Shown here: positions 43,831-53,597 of the stretch, piece by piece | How positions within the stretch are numbered: position 1 is the first letter of the stretch | How the letters are laid out: the number at the start of each line of letters is the position of its first letter | DNA from: an uncultured Eggerthellaceae bacterium | GTDB taxonomy: Bacteria; Actinomycetota; Coriobacteriia; Coriobacteriales; Eggerthellaceae | Length of the DNA stretch: 64,000 bases | Reading direction: 5' to 3' | Assembly (NCBI GenBank): GCA_947564425.1 | Contig: CANOBU010000001.1 | Location: 158 to 64,157, forward strand | The notes under the pieces: generated by a model | What the model was told of the DNA's origin: nothing | Databases searched by the model: none | Seen by the model: only the letters and a program-made list of their open reading frames with translations | Made by a program: the position numbers and the translations under genes

Positions 43831-43839
43831 TGGTAATAT
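43831..43839 (+). promoter_or_regulatory. extended -10 candidate (TGgTAATAT) for the Ser/Thr kinase gene
   Basis: tggtaatat at 43831-43839 lies 48 nt upstream of ATG 43888. Confidence 0.3.
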
Positions 43840-43887
43840 GCGGTAAACGACGCTTCGAACGCACCGAGAAACGCAGCAGGAAGAATC

Positions 43888-46296
43888 ATGGCTGAAAAGC
43901 AGCTCATACTGGACCGGTACGAGGTCATGGGAACGGCGGGCGCCGGCGGCTTCGGCACGGTGCAGATCGCCTGGGATCCCCGCATACAGCGCAAGGTCGC
44001 CATAAAGACCATAGCCCTGACCGAGCTCGACGCCTATCGGGCCGCCCTGCCCGGCGCCGAGGCCGTGGCCAAGGGCGCTTCCGACGACGGCGCGGATGCG
44101 AAGCGGCGGGAAGGGGCCCTTACTCCCGCCCAGAAGCGCACCGCCCGTCTGGAGCAGCAGGAAGACGAATACGACTATCCTTTCGCCTCGGCCACGGTCT
44201 CGGGCCGCCGGCGGGGCCAAACGCAGCCCCTGGCGGATGGGGGCGGCCGCAGCGAATGGCGCGGCGTCACGCCCTGGGGCGAGTTCATAGCCGGCGAGGA
44301 TGCCCGCGAGGGGCGCGAGAGCCGGGATGCGCTCGAGCTTCCCGAGGTGCTGAAGGTGCCCGAGGTGTTCGTGGTTCCCCCGGTGGGGGGCGCCCGCGAC
44401 GGGGGCACCATGCTGATGGAGGGCGGTGCGGCCCCGGCGCCCGATGCGGATGGCCCAGATGCGCCAGAAGCCCCCGAGGACGAGCCCGTCACCTCGCTGG
44501 CCCACGTGCCAGGGCTCGATGAGGCGCGCACGGCGGCGAAGCTGTCGGATCCGCGCATCGTGACCGTGTACGACTTCGAGGTGCGGGGCCGCACGGCCTA
44601 CCTCATCATGGAATACATCGAGGGCATCACGCTGACCGACCTTCTGGCCGATTACGAGGATTTCCTGACGCTCGACATGGTCACGGGCGTCTTCGATGCC
44701 GTGGCCGGTGCCCTCACGGTGGCCCACAAGGCCGGCGTGCTGCATTTGGACATAAAGCCCGACAACATCATCATCAACAAGGACGGCCAGGCCAAGGTGA
44801 CCGATTTCGGCCTGGCGACCCTGGCCGACGCCTCAGGCGCCGGCACCACCGGCGGCGGCACCATAGGCTATATGCCGCTGGAGCAGATGCGCCGCGAGCA
44901 CCTGGATGCTCGCACCGACGAATGGTCCCTGGCGGCCATGGCCTACGAGATGCTCACGGGCGACAACCCCTTCCGGGCCTCCACCCTGAAGGAGGCCGAG
45001 CAGGCCATCCTCGAGGCCGAGATGGTGCTGCCCTCGCTGTGCTGGGGTTCCATCGACAGCCAGATCGACGACGTGGTGTTCTATGCGCTCGATCCCGACC
45101 GCGACGAGCGCTATGCCAACGTGGCCGATTTCGCCGAGGAGATGGACAAGTTCCTGGGCGATGCCGAGAAGGGCTGCGGTGAGCTGGCCCTGGTGGTGGC
45201 CGAGGCCCTGGATAGCGCCCGCGACGGCGGCCGGGACGATGAAAGCGAGGAAGGGGAAGACGAGCCGGAAGAGCATATGGGATGGCTGCCCTTCGGTCCC
45301 GCGCAGCTGGGTGTGGGGAAGCGGGGCGCCAAAGGCGACGACGAGCGTTCCCGGCGTCCCGGCGCCCGGCGCGATGCGACCCGCGAGCGCCCTCGGCGGC
45401 AACGCCCCGGCCTGGAAGAGCGCCTGAGCGAGTATCTGGCCGATTACGATGCCGAAGAGGATGCCGGGGAGTGGCTGGAAGAGGCGGCCGAAGAGGCGCA
45501 GCCCCGGCTGCGGGAGCCCTTGGCCCAGCGCCTGTCCGCGGGGCTGGTGTCTGCGGGCGCCCGGGTCCTCGGGGCTGCGGGCAGCGGGTTCCTGGGTGCT
45601 TTGGCCCTGGGCAACATGCCGCCGCTCGCCCTGTTGCTGGGACCGCAGTCGCCTGCGGCCATGGCCGTGGGGGCCATCGCTTTGGCGGCCGTGTCGCTTT
45701 TCCGCCCCTCTATCGCCGCCCTGGCCTCGTTCTGCCTGCTGGCCCTGGCCATCCTGCTGTGCGGCCATCCCGTGGTCGCGGCGGTCCTGGCGTTGGCGGC
45801 GGCGCTGTGGTGGTACATAACCGGCCGCGAGGGCATCGCCGATTCCAATGTGGCCCTGCTGGAGCCCCTGGCGGGCGCGGTGGGGTTGTCGCCGGTGGTG
45901 CCCTTGGCCGCCGGCATGGCGCTGAGGCCCATCCAGGCGGGGGTCACGGTTGCCTTCGCGGCCGTTGCGGCCTGCGTGCTGGGCTCGCTCGGCAGCAGCT
46001 CGCTTCTGGGCTGGGACGCCTTCGCGGTGTGGTCCTTCGCCGATGCCGACATAACCCGCACCTTCGCCCGCATCATAACGCGGCCCCTCACCTGGACCAC
46101 CTTGGCGGGCTGGCTGGTTGCGGCGGTGGGGCTCTCGCTGCTCAGCATGAGCGGCCGCCGCTGGGGCCTGGTCGCGGGCCTGGCGGTGGCGGCAGCGGCC
46201 CTTTTGGCGGGCATGCTGGTGTTCACCGCCCCCACCCCCCAGCTCTTCCTGGCCATCATCGCCGGAATAGGCGCCATCTGCATCCTATTCCTATGA
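43888..46296 (+). CDS. Hanks-type Ser/Thr protein kinase with large N-lobe insertion and polytopic C-terminal membrane domain
   Basis: Contains GAGGFGTVQIAWD, VAIKTI, HLDIKPDNIII, VTDFGLA and GTIGYMPLEQ. About 170 aa are inserted between VAIK and the alpha-C region. The last ~260 aa are strongly hydrophobic. Confidence 0.85.
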   Translation: MAEKQLILDRYEVMGTAGAGGFGTVQIAWDPRIQRKVAIKTIALTELDAYRAALPGAEAVAKGASDDGADAKRREGALTPAQKRTARLEQQEDEYDYPFASATVSGRRRGQTQPLADGGGRSEWRGVTPWGEFIAGEDAREGRESRDALELPEVLKVPEVFVVPPVGGARDGGTMLMEGGAAPAPDADGPDAPEAPEDEPVTSLAHVPGLDEARTAAKLSDPRIVTVYDFEVRGRTAYLIMEYIEGITLTDLLADYEDFLTLDMVTGVFDAVAGALTVAHKAGVLHLDIKPDNIIINKDGQAKVTDFGLATLADASGAGTTGGGTIGYMPLEQMRREHLDARTDEWSLAAMAYEMLTGDNPFRASTLKEAEQAILEAEMVLPSLCWGSIDSQIDDVVFYALDPDRDERYANVADFAEEMDKFLGDAEKGCGELALVVAEALDSARDGGRDDESEEGEDEPEEHMGWLPFGPAQLGVGKRGAKGDDERSRRPGARRDATRERPRRQRPGLEERLSEYLADYDAEEDAGEWLEEAAEEAQPRLREPLAQRLSAGLVSAGARVLGAAGSGFLGALALGNMPPLALLLGPQSPAAMAVGAIALAAVSLFRPSIAALASFCLLALAILLCGHPVVAAVLALAAALWWYITGREGIADSNVALLEPLAGAVGLSPVVPLAAGMALRPIQAGVTVAFAAVAACVLGSLGSSSLLGWDAFAVWSFADADITRTFARIITRPLTWTTLAGWLVAAVGLSLLSMSGRRWGLVAGLAVAAAALLAGMLVFTAPTPQLFLAIIAGIGAICILFL

Positions 46297-46316
46297 AGGC
46301 AGAGCGCTCCGGTCCG

Positions 46317-46535
46317 CTAGTCTTCCTTGTCAGCGGAATCGGAGCCGTCCTCGTCGTCATCGAAGATGGACCACTCGTCTTCCTCGGTCTTCTCGCCCCG
46401 GTCGACGTAGGTCTTGCGGGTGCGCAACTCCAGGATGGCCGCTACGATGACGCAGATGACCAGCGATGCGCCGACGAGCACCCCGATGCCCGCATAGGTT
46501 TCGAAGAGGAAATGGTATATCTGCCCGAGGTCCAT
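46317..46535 (-). CDS. small membrane protein with acidic tail (72 aa)
   Basis: Track ORF with AAAGGCGGA upstream. One TM segment (AGIGVLVGASLVICVIVAAIL), then EEDEWSIFDDDEDGSDSADKED. Confidence 0.45.
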   Translation of the reverse strand: MDLGQIYHFLFETYAGIGVLVGASLVICVIVAAILELRTRKTYVDRGEKTEEDEWSIFDDDEDGSDSADKED

Positions 46536-46657
46536 AGGTCCGCCTTTACTGTGTGCACGGTACGACCGTTCGTTTGCTGTAGCTTCAATACTAGCATGGC
46601 TGGCATGGGTTTTGACCTATACTGGAACCGCATATCCATCGAGAAGGGGAATACTCC

Positions 46658-47956
46658 ATGCTTGACGTAAGATTCGTCCGCGAGAACCAAGACGCCGTGG
46701 CCGAGGCCATGCGCAACCGCCATGCCGAGTGGGATGGCGAGCTGTTCGCCCGCCTGGACGGGGAGCGCCGTAGCGCCATCCAGCGCGAGGAGGCCCTGCA
46801 GGCCGAGCGCAATACCCTGTCGAAGCAGGTGGGAACCTTGATGAAAGAGGGCAAGCGCGACGAGGCCGAGGCGGTGAAGGCCCGGGTGGCGGCTTTGAAG
46901 GACGAGCTCGCCGAGGCCGCCGCACAGCGCGATGCCGTCGACGCCCAGCTGCGCGACCTGCTGCTGCGCACGCCCAACATGCCCGATGCCTCCACGCCCG
47001 TGGGCGACAGCGAGGATGACAACCCCGAGGTGCGCCGCTGGGGCACGCCCACGGAGTTCGATTTCGAGCCCCAGGCGCACTGGGACCTGGGCCCCGCCTT
47101 GGGCATCATCGATTTCGAGCGCGGTGTGAAGCTGGCCTCCAGCCGCTTCGTCGTGCTGGGCGGTTTGGGCGCCCGCCTGGAGCGGGCCCTAATCAACTTC
47201 ATGGCCGACACCCACACCGCCCGCGGCTACAAGGAATGGTGGCTGCCCGTGATGGCCAACACCGAGACCATGACCGGCACCGGCCAGCTGCCCAAGTTCG
47301 AAGACGACATGTTCAAGACCCGCGAGGACCTCTACCTCATCCCCACGGCCGAGGTGCAGCTGACCAACCTCCATGCGGGGGAGACCCTCTCGGCGGAGGA
47401 CCTGCCCAAGCATTACTGCGCCTTCACGCCCTGCTTCCGCGAGGAGGCCGGCAGCGCCGGGCGCGATACCCGCGGGCTCATCCGCGTGCACCAGTTCGAC
47501 AAAGTGGAGATGGTGAAGCTGTGCGAGCCCGAGAACAGCTTCGACGAGCTGGAGGCCATGACGGCCGATGCGGAGAACATCCTGCAGCAGCTGGGGCTGC
47601 CCTACCGGGTGATAAGCCTGTGCACCGGCGATATCGGCTTCTCGGCCGCCAAGACCTACGATGTGGAGGTATGGCTGCCCTCCTACAACGGATATAAGGA
47701 GATATCCAGCTGCTCGAACTGCGTGGACTTCCAGGCCCGGCGCATGGGGATCCGCTACAAGGACCCCGATTCCTTCAAGGGCACCCGCTATGTGCATACC
47801 CTGAACGGCTCCGGTTTGGCCGTGGGCCGCACCATGGCGGCCATCATCGAGAACTACCAGCAGCCGGACGGTTCCATCAAAGTACCCGATGTGCTGGTTC
47901 CCTATATGGGGGGCATCGAGGTGATACGGCCCGAAGGATCCGTCGCCGGCGCCTAG
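46658..47956 (+). CDS. serS: seryl-tRNA synthetase
   Basis: [14 protein letters not shown] is followed by an N-terminal coiled-coil arm. The class II motifs are [21 protein letters not shown] and GSGLAVGRT. 432 aa. Confidence 0.95.
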   Translation: MLDVRFVRENQDAVAEAMRNRHAEWDGELFARLDGERRSAIQREEALQAERNTLSKQVGTLMKEGKRDEAEAVKARVAALKDELAEAAAQRDAVDAQLRDLLLRTPNMPDASTPVGDSEDDNPEVRRWGTPTEFDFEPQAHWDLGPALGIIDFERGVKLASSRFVVLGGLGARLERALINFMADTHTARGYKEWWLPVMANTETMTGTGQLPKFEDDMFKTREDLYLIPTAEVQLTNLHAGETLSAEDLPKHYCAFTPCFREEAGSAGRDTRGLIRVHQFDKVEMVKLCEPENSFDELEAMTADAENILQQLGLPYRVISLCTGDIGFSAAKTYDVEVWLPSYNGYKEISSCSNCVDFQARRMGIRYKDPDSFKGTRYVHTLNGSGLAVGRTMAAIIENYQQPDGSIKVPDVLVPYMGGIEVIRPEGSVAGA

Positions 47957-47983
47957 GGCCGCGCCGCCCGATCGGGAGTGCCC

Positions 47984-48835
47984 ATGGCCTCATCCACGGA
48001 TCCGACACAGCAGAGCATCCCGCTGGAAGCCCAGCCCACGGCGAAGCTGCAGCCCGTTGCCGCCGTGCAGGCCGGGCACGGCGGAAGCCATGCTGCGGAG
48101 GCACCCGGGGGGGAGGACCGCTCCGGGGAGCTGCGCGATGCCGCGCCGTCCGAGCCCCCTGCGGCCCCGGCGCCGCGCCTGCGCCTGCGCATACGCACCT
48201 GGCATGTGGTCGCCGTCGTCGTCGCGCTGGTGCTGGCGGCCTTGGTTGCGGCGGCGGCGTTCTTCATGTGGGATCGCTGGTACCGCTATGACGACAGCGC
48301 GGATATCCAGGGCACCTGGTATGCCGTCGGCACCGATGCCCCCATCACCATAACCGGCGACTCCATCGAGTTCACCCCCGACACCACCTACAGCTACACC
48401 CTCGACCCCAATGCGAAATCCCTCAGCTTCAGCCTGGGGAACCTCGATGGCCAGGCCCATTACGCTTTCGCGGACGACCGCAACGTGCTGGTGATATTCG
48501 ACGGCGAGGACTACACCCGCTGGGGCACTGCCGGCGATGACCTGCTGCGCCTGCTCATGGATGTATCTGCGGCCAGCGCCGGGCAGGCGGTGCATCTGCC
48601 CGAGGGCGACGGCATCATAGCCCTCAGCCGCACCCCCTTCTACGGCACTTCCGCCCCTGCGCAGGACGGCGATGCCGCCGATTCGGCTGCGGGGGTCGCC
48701 CCGGATGCCGGCGGTAGCGCGGCCGCTTCCGGCGATTCGCCGGCCCCGTCTTCCGGCGGCGTCGGGGACGGTGATGCCGCCGATCCCCCCGATTCCCCCC
48801 AACCGGGCTCTTTCGCCGATGTCAGCGACCGCTAG
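47984..48835 (+). CDS. hypothetical single-pass membrane protein
   Basis: In frame with ORF 47978..48835 (GTG). ATG 47984 lies 5 nt after GGGAG. The N-terminus is Pro/Ala-rich, the TM segment is WHVVAVVVALVLAALVAAAAFFMW, then a GTW-containing domain resembling that of the 43299 lipoprotein. Confidence 0.55.
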   Translation: MASSTDPTQQSIPLEAQPTAKLQPVAAVQAGHGGSHAAEAPGGEDRSGELRDAAPSEPPAAPAPRLRLRIRTWHVVAVVVALVLAALVAAAAFFMWDRWYRYDDSADIQGTWYAVGTDAPITITGDSIEFTPDTTYSYTLDPNAKSLSFSLGNLDGQAHYAFADDRNVLVIFDGEDYTRWGTAGDDLLRLLMDVSAASAGQAVHLPEGDGIIALSRTPFYGTSAPAQDGDAADSAAGVAPDAGGSAAASGDSPAPSSGGVGDGDAADPPDSPQPGSFADVSDR

Positions 48836-49259
48836 CGCCCCTGCCGCATCGGGTGCTCTGCGCGTGCTCGGTGTGAAGGTGCTCACGGGGCGCCTGGTGT
48901 GCGAGGTGCAAGTGCCCGACGAGCGCTTCCGCCTGACCACCCCGGCCCTGGCCGCCCGAGCCGTTGCCGCCTTCCCCGACCTGCCGAACCACAGCTGCGT
49001 GAACGGGGAGGGCAGGACGTTCGGCGCGGTGATGGATCGCACCTCGCTTCCCCATATGCTCGAGCACCTGTGCATCGACCTGCAGGTGGCCGGCGCGGCC
49101 GATGGGGCGCAGTCCTTCACCGGGACCACCGAATGGACCGATCGCGCAACCGGCACGGCCCGCATCCAATTGAGCTTCTGCGACGATTTGGTGGCGCTGC
49201 GGGCATTTAACGAAGCGGTGCGGTTTCTCAACGATGCTGTGGTAACCTGTTACCCATGA
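48819..49259 (+). CDS. hypothetical protein (146 aa)
   Basis: In-frame tail of ORF 48672..49259. ATG 48819 overlaps the previous gene by 17 nt, and the start is uncertain. The stop overlaps the aminotransferase ATG (ATGA at 49256-49259). No family recognised. Confidence 0.45.
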   Translation: MSATASAPAASGALRVLGVKVLTGRLVCEVQVPDERFRLTTPALAARAVAAFPDLPNHSCVNGEGRTFGAVMDRTSLPHMLEHLCIDLQVAGAADGAQSFTGTTEWTDRATGTARIQLSFCDDLVALRAFNEAVRFLNDAVVTCYP

Positions 49260-50515
49260 AAGACGCCCATATCAGATTCGAGTCGGCTCCCGAGAAGGCG
49301 GCTGGCCGCGTAGCCAAGATGCGCGCATCGGCTGTGCGCAACCTGTTCGCAGCAACCCAGAGGCCCGATGTCATATCGCTGTCCGGCGGCTGCCCCGATG
49401 TGTCGCTGCTTCCCAAGACGGCCGTGCGCAAGGCGGCCCGGGCGGCGGCCGAGGCCCAGGCCGTCACCTTGCAGTACGGCGGCACGAACGGCCTTATGGA
49501 ATGCGCCGAGGTGTTCTGCAGCATCATGCGCGACAGCGGCATACGCCATAAGCCCGAGAACATCATCATAACCGGGGGCGCCCAAGAGGCCCTGGACCTG
49601 CTGGGGAAGACCTTCCTCGACCCGGGCGACATCATCATCACCGAGGGCCCCACCTATCTGGGGGCCATCCAGGCCTTCAGCGCCTACGAGCCGGATATGC
49701 GCCCCATCCCCTTCGACGAAGAGGGCATGCGCATGGATCTGCTGGAAGAGGAGCTGCAGCGCATCGGCAAGGGCAATCCGCGCCTGAAGTTCCTCTACAC
49801 CATACCCAACTTCCAGAACCCGGGCGGCGTCACCATGAGCCCCGAGCGCCGCAAGCGCCTGCTGGAGCTGTCGCACGAGTACGACTTCATCGTGGTCGAG
49901 GACGACCCCTACGGCCGCCTGCGCTACGAGGGCGGCCACCTGCTGCCCCTGCGCGCCATGGACGAGGACGTCATATACCTGGGCACCATCTCGAAGATAT
50001 TCTCCCCCGGGCTGCGGGTGGGCTGGATCGCGGCCTCGCCGGGCGTGGTGGGCAAGGTGAACCTGATGAAGCAGGGCACCGACCTGTGCAACAGCATGTT
50101 CGACCAGTACATGGCGGCCTACTATTTCAAAGAGACGGCCTGGCAGCATACGCTGAGGAAGTTCATCAAGGTCTACGACAAGCGCCGGCGCGCCATGCTG
50201 GACGCCCTGGAGGAGCACTTCCCCCCGGAGGCAAGCTGGACGCATCCCGAGGGCGGCCTGTTCATATGGGTGACGCTTCCCCCTTACATCGATACCGGCT
50301 CGATGCTCGCCGAGGCGCTCGAGCATGGTGTGACCTATGTGCCCGGCGACGGCTGCTTCCCCGATGGCAAGACGGGGCGCAACTGCATGCGCATCTGCTT
50401 CAGCCTGGAGCCGCCCGAGCGCATCGAGGAGGCCATCAAGCGGCTGGCGGAGGTTATCGAGGACCGCATGGAGCTCAGCCGCGCGTTCATCGCCGCGGGG
50501 GCCATCGAAGGATAG
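49256..50515 (+). CDS. PLP-dependent aminotransferase, class I/II fold (ARO8/LysN-like)
   Basis: Contains ISLSGGCPD, QYGGTNG, TEGPTYLGA, YTIPNFQNPGG and SKIFSPGLRVGW (the PLP lysine context). 419 aa. Confidence 0.85.
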   Translation: MKDAHIRFESAPEKAAGRVAKMRASAVRNLFAATQRPDVISLSGGCPDVSLLPKTAVRKAARAAAEAQAVTLQYGGTNGLMECAEVFCSIMRDSGIRHKPENIIITGGAQEALDLLGKTFLDPGDIIITEGPTYLGAIQAFSAYEPDMRPIPFDEEGMRMDLLEEELQRIGKGNPRLKFLYTIPNFQNPGGVTMSPERRKRLLELSHEYDFIVVEDDPYGRLRYEGGHLLPLRAMDEDVIYLGTISKIFSPGLRVGWIAASPGVVGKVNLMKQGTDLCNSMFDQYMAAYYFKETAWQHTLRKFIKVYDKRRRAMLDALEEHFPPEASWTHPEGGLFIWVTLPPYIDTGSMLAEALEHGVTYVPGDGCFPDGKTGRNCMRICFSLEPPERIEEAIKRLAEVIEDRMELSRAFIAAGAIEG

Positions 50516-50560
50516 CAGCGGAGCCGCCTTGCGGGCGGTTCGCTGGGATAGGAGAGGCAA

Positions 50561-51550
50561 ATGGCCAAGATCGCAGTGCTCATGGGCGGCAATTCGTTCG
50601 AACGCGAATTCTCGCTGAACAGCGGCAAGAACATCTGCGCCGCCCTGGAGGAGGCGGGGCATCGGGCCGTGCCGCTCGACACAAACGAGCAGCTGGTGCC
50701 CACCCTGCGCAGTGAGCGGCCCGATGTGGTGTACAACGCGCTGCATGGCAAGCACGGCGAGGACGGCACCATCCAGAGCCTCCTGGAGTTCTTGGAGATC
50801 CCCTTCGTGGGGTCGCCGGCCAGCGTGTGCCACCGCTCGTGGAACAAGGACGCCCTGCATTCCTCGCTGATCAAGTACCGCGATATCTCGGGCGAGGTCG
50901 ACGGCGTGGCATCGTGGCCCCCGGGCGTGTTCATAGCCAAGGATGCCTTCAAGTCGATGGGGGCCGCCACGGCGCTCGACCTGGTGGCCGAGCGCATCCC
51001 GGGCGGCTACCCCGTATGCGTGAAACCGGCCCACGGGGGCTCGGCCCTGGGAATCCACCGGGTGGAATCGCAGGAGCAGCTGGGCGAGGCCGTGCTGGAT
51101 GCGCTGTCGTACGATGATGCCGTGAACATCGAGCAATGGGTGGAGGGCGTCGAGCTGGCCGTGGCCATCGTGGGAACCGGCTGGGATGCCCGGGTGCTGC
51201 CGCCGGTGGAGATAACGGCGAAGGGCGATTTCTTCGATGCCGAGGCCCGCATGGATTCCTCGCTGGTGGAGTTCCACTGCCCCGTGCGCCTGGCATCGCT
51301 CTCCCAGGACGAGGCCGAAGCCCAGGCCATCCGCGCCGAGGTCGAGCGGGCGGCCTTGGAGGTGTACCGCGCCTACAGCGTGGTGGACCTCGGGCGCATC
51401 GACATGATCTGGGATGGCGGGGCGGCCCGCTGCTTCGAGGTAGACGTATCGCCGGGCATGACCGACAATTCGCTGTTCCCCGCCGCCATAAAGGCTGCCG
51501 GATTGTCGCTTTCGGAAGTGCTCGACGAACTGGTGTCGCAGTACATCTAG
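50561..51550 (+). CDS. ddl: D-alanine--D-alanine ligase
   Basis: Contains KIAVLMGGNSFEREFSLNSG, ALHGKHGEDGTIQ, and ATP-grasp segments with a C-terminal VSPGMT..SLFP. Confidence 0.9.
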   Translation: MAKIAVLMGGNSFEREFSLNSGKNICAALEEAGHRAVPLDTNEQLVPTLRSERPDVVYNALHGKHGEDGTIQSLLEFLEIPFVGSPASVCHRSWNKDALHSSLIKYRDISGEVDGVASWPPGVFIAKDAFKSMGAATALDLVAERIPGGYPVCVKPAHGGSALGIHRVESQEQLGEAVLDALSYDDAVNIEQWVEGVELAVAIVGTGWDARVLPPVEITAKGDFFDAEARMDSSLVEFHCPVRLASLSQDEAEAQAIRAEVERAALEVYRAYSVVDLGRIDMIWDGGAARCFEVDVSPGMTDNSLFPAAIKAAGLSLSEVLDELVSQYI

Positions 51551-51633
51551 GGCCCTGCGCCGTCTTTGGAAACGAAACGTCAACCGAATGGCCCCAAGGG
51601 CGGCTGGCATGCAATGGTCCGGTGGTGTTTCCG

Positions 51634-51639
51634 TATAAT
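51634..51639 (+). promoter_or_regulatory. TATAAT -10 box upstream of ytxH-like gene
   Basis: Perfect TATAAT at 51634-51639, 37 nt before ATG 51677. Confidence 0.4.
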
Positions 51640-51676
51640 TGCGAAGTGCAATGGAAAGGACTTTAAGGAGGTTCCC

Positions 51677-52195
51677 ATGTCGAAGCTTACGTCGTTCATC
51701 CTGGGGGGAATGGTAGGGGCTGCGGCCGTATTCTTCCTCACGCCGCGCACCGGCGAGCAGAACCGCGCCCTGGTGACCGAGCGGGCCAATGCCCTGGTGG
51801 GGGAGGCCAAAGACCTCACGGCCACCATGCCCGATGCCATCCAGGACACCTACCGCACCGCCGTCGACCAGGGTACCGCCTTCGTCAACAGCGCGGTGCA
51901 GAAGGGCACCGATCTGGTGAACGATGCCGCTGCCCGCGTGAAGGAGGTCACGGGCCAGGTGAGCCAGGAGGCCGACACCGACGAGCTGCGCGATAAGATC
52001 GAGGCGGCCCGCCAGCGCATCGCCTCGCAGGTGATGGAGAATGCCGAGCAGGCAAAGGCCGCCGGCGACAAGGCTGCCTCAACCATCAACGGCGCGGTCG
52101 AGGCCGCTGCCAAGAAGGCCGATGCCGCTGCCGGTGCGGCGGGTGCGAAGGTCGAGGCCGCCGTCGAGGATGCCGAGAAGAAGGCCCAGAAGTAA
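51677..52195 (+). CDS. YtxH-domain protein
   Basis: In frame with ORF 51566..52195. ATG 51677 follows AAGGAGG. The N-terminus reads SFILGGMVGAAAVFFLTPRTGEQNR, then a long Ala/Lys/Glu-rich helical region. Confidence 0.7.
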   Translation: MSKLTSFILGGMVGAAAVFFLTPRTGEQNRALVTERANALVGEAKDLTATMPDAIQDTYRTAVDQGTAFVNSAVQKGTDLVNDAAARVKEVTGQVSQEADTDELRDKIEAARQRIASQVMENAEQAKAAGDKAASTINGAVEAAAKKADAAAGAAGAKVEAAVEDAEKKAQK

Positions 52196-52221
52196 CCATT
52201 CCCCTGGAAGAAGGGGCGAGG

Positions 52222-52254
52222 GCGCCTGGCCGCGTGGCGGCCGGGCGCATTTTT
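52222..52254 (+). terminator. intrinsic terminator after ytxH-like gene
   Basis: gcgcctggccgc (52222-52233) / gcggccgggcgc (52237-52248) form a 12-bp stem with one G-T wobble and a 3-nt loop. aTTTTT follows. Confidence 0.6.
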
Positions 52255-52291
52255 CGCAAGCGGGGCCCGCGGGCCCGGGCAAGGGGCGAGG

Positions 52292-53143
52292 ATGGCGCAG
52301 CATACCATGACGACCAAGCAGCTGGCGGGCATGAGGGCCGTCGGCGGCAAGAAGGGAAAGTCCCTGGGGAAGGTGCGCCGCTTCGTGTTCCATCCCACCG
52401 AGCGGCGCCTTATCGGGCTTCTGGTGAAGCGCCCGGATGCCGCCCTCATGTTCCATCGCAAGGACCTCTTCGTGGCCTTGGGGGGCTTCGATTTGGATGA
52501 CGGGCATATCATCGTGCATGACGATGCGGCGGCGACCGACAAAGGCGCCCTGAAGGCCCTGGGAGTGGATTGGGACCGCTGCGTGCTGTGGGTGGGCATG
52601 CCCCTCATGACCGAAGGCGGCGATTTCCTGGGCTACGCCGATACCGTGGCCTTCGATGGCGATACGGGTGCCGTGCTGTCCGTATCCACCGAGAACGGGG
52701 TGGCCAACGATGCCATCCTGGGCAAGCGCGAGATCCCCGCGAAGCTGATCCGGGGCTTCCGGCTGGGGCAGGGCATGGCCGTGGGTACCGGGGATGACCC
52801 GGGCGACGATGGAGCGGCGGCCCTGGGTGCCATCCTGGTGGACGATGGGGCGCTGGCCATCCAGGCCGAGGGCGGCGTGGCCTCGGCTGCCGGCAAGGCC
52901 ACGGCGGTGGTGGCCGACAAGGCGAAGAAGGGGGCGGCCAAGGCGAAGAGCGCCGCCCGCCAGCAGGCGCAGAAGGCGAAGCCGACGACCGATAAGATCG
53001 CCCGCAAGACCGGCGAGGCCGTGGAGGAGGGCGCCTATGCGCTGGGCCGCCAGCTGGGGCGCGCCTCGGGTATGTTCGCCGCCTTCAAGGATGAGTATCG
53101 GAAAGCCGTCGACGACGGCGACGACGGCCGCAGCGACCGCTGA
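52292..53143 (+). CDS. PRC-barrel-like domain protein with Lys/Ala-rich tail
   Basis: AAGGGGCGAGG lies upstream. GKSLGKVRRFVFHPTERRLIGLLV and a second similar half read like PRC-barrel repeats. The family call is tentative. Confidence 0.55.
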   Translation: MAQHTMTTKQLAGMRAVGGKKGKSLGKVRRFVFHPTERRLIGLLVKRPDAALMFHRKDLFVALGGFDLDDGHIIVHDDAAATDKGALKALGVDWDRCVLWVGMPLMTEGGDFLGYADTVAFDGDTGAVLSVSTENGVANDAILGKREIPAKLIRGFRLGQGMAVGTGDDPGDDGAAALGAILVDDGALAIQAEGGVASAAGKATAVVADKAKKGAAKAKSAARQQAQKAKPTTDKIARKTGEAVEEGAYALGRQLGRASGMFAAFKDEYRKAVDDGDDGRSDR

Positions 53144-53171
53144 GGCGCTCGATTACGGAAGGGGTGCGGCC

Positions 53172-53597
53172 ATGGCGATGGGCGGTTTCGCGAGGGGGGG
53201 TCGGAAAGAGGGTTCCGATTCGGCCGAGGACCGCTATTGGCAGGGGCCCTATTACGGCCAAGGTGCAGCCGGGCTGTCCGCCGCGCCGCGCTACGGGTCG
53301 GTATTGCCCCGGGCCCGGCGGCTCTACGCATCCGAGGAGATGTACTGCAAGGACCATATCGCCGCAGCCCTGTTCGCTATATTCCTGGGCGTCTTCGGCA
53401 TCCATAAGTTCTATCTGGGCTATAACCAGGCCGGCTTCTCCATGCTGGCCTTCAGCATCATCGGCAGCCTGCTCACCTTCGGGCTGGCTGCGGTGCTCAT
53501 CGAGGTGATCGCCCTTATCGAGGCCGTGATCTACCTTTCCAAATCGCAAACCCAATTCCAACGCATATACGTGATGAACCAACGCGACTGGTTCTGA
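53172..53597 (+). CDS. TM2-domain membrane protein
   Basis: In-frame tail of ORF 52794..53597, starting at ATG 53172. Contains CKDHIAAALFAIFLGVFGIHKFYLGYNQAG, the TM2 signature, and two TM segments. Confidence 0.75.
   Translation: MAMGGFARGGRKEGSDSAEDRYWQGPYYGQGAAGLSAAPRYGSVLPRARRLYASEEMYCKDHIAAALFAIFLGVFGIHKFYLGYNQAGFSMLAFSIIGSLLTFGLAAVLIEVIALIEAVIYLSKSQTQFQRIYVMNQRDWF

Noticed and set aside
46536-46657. A T-box leader upstream of serS.
   Set aside because: The gap is only 122 nt, which is too short for a T-box. I see no T-box consensus (AGGGUGGNACCGCG-like) or terminator/antiterminator pair.
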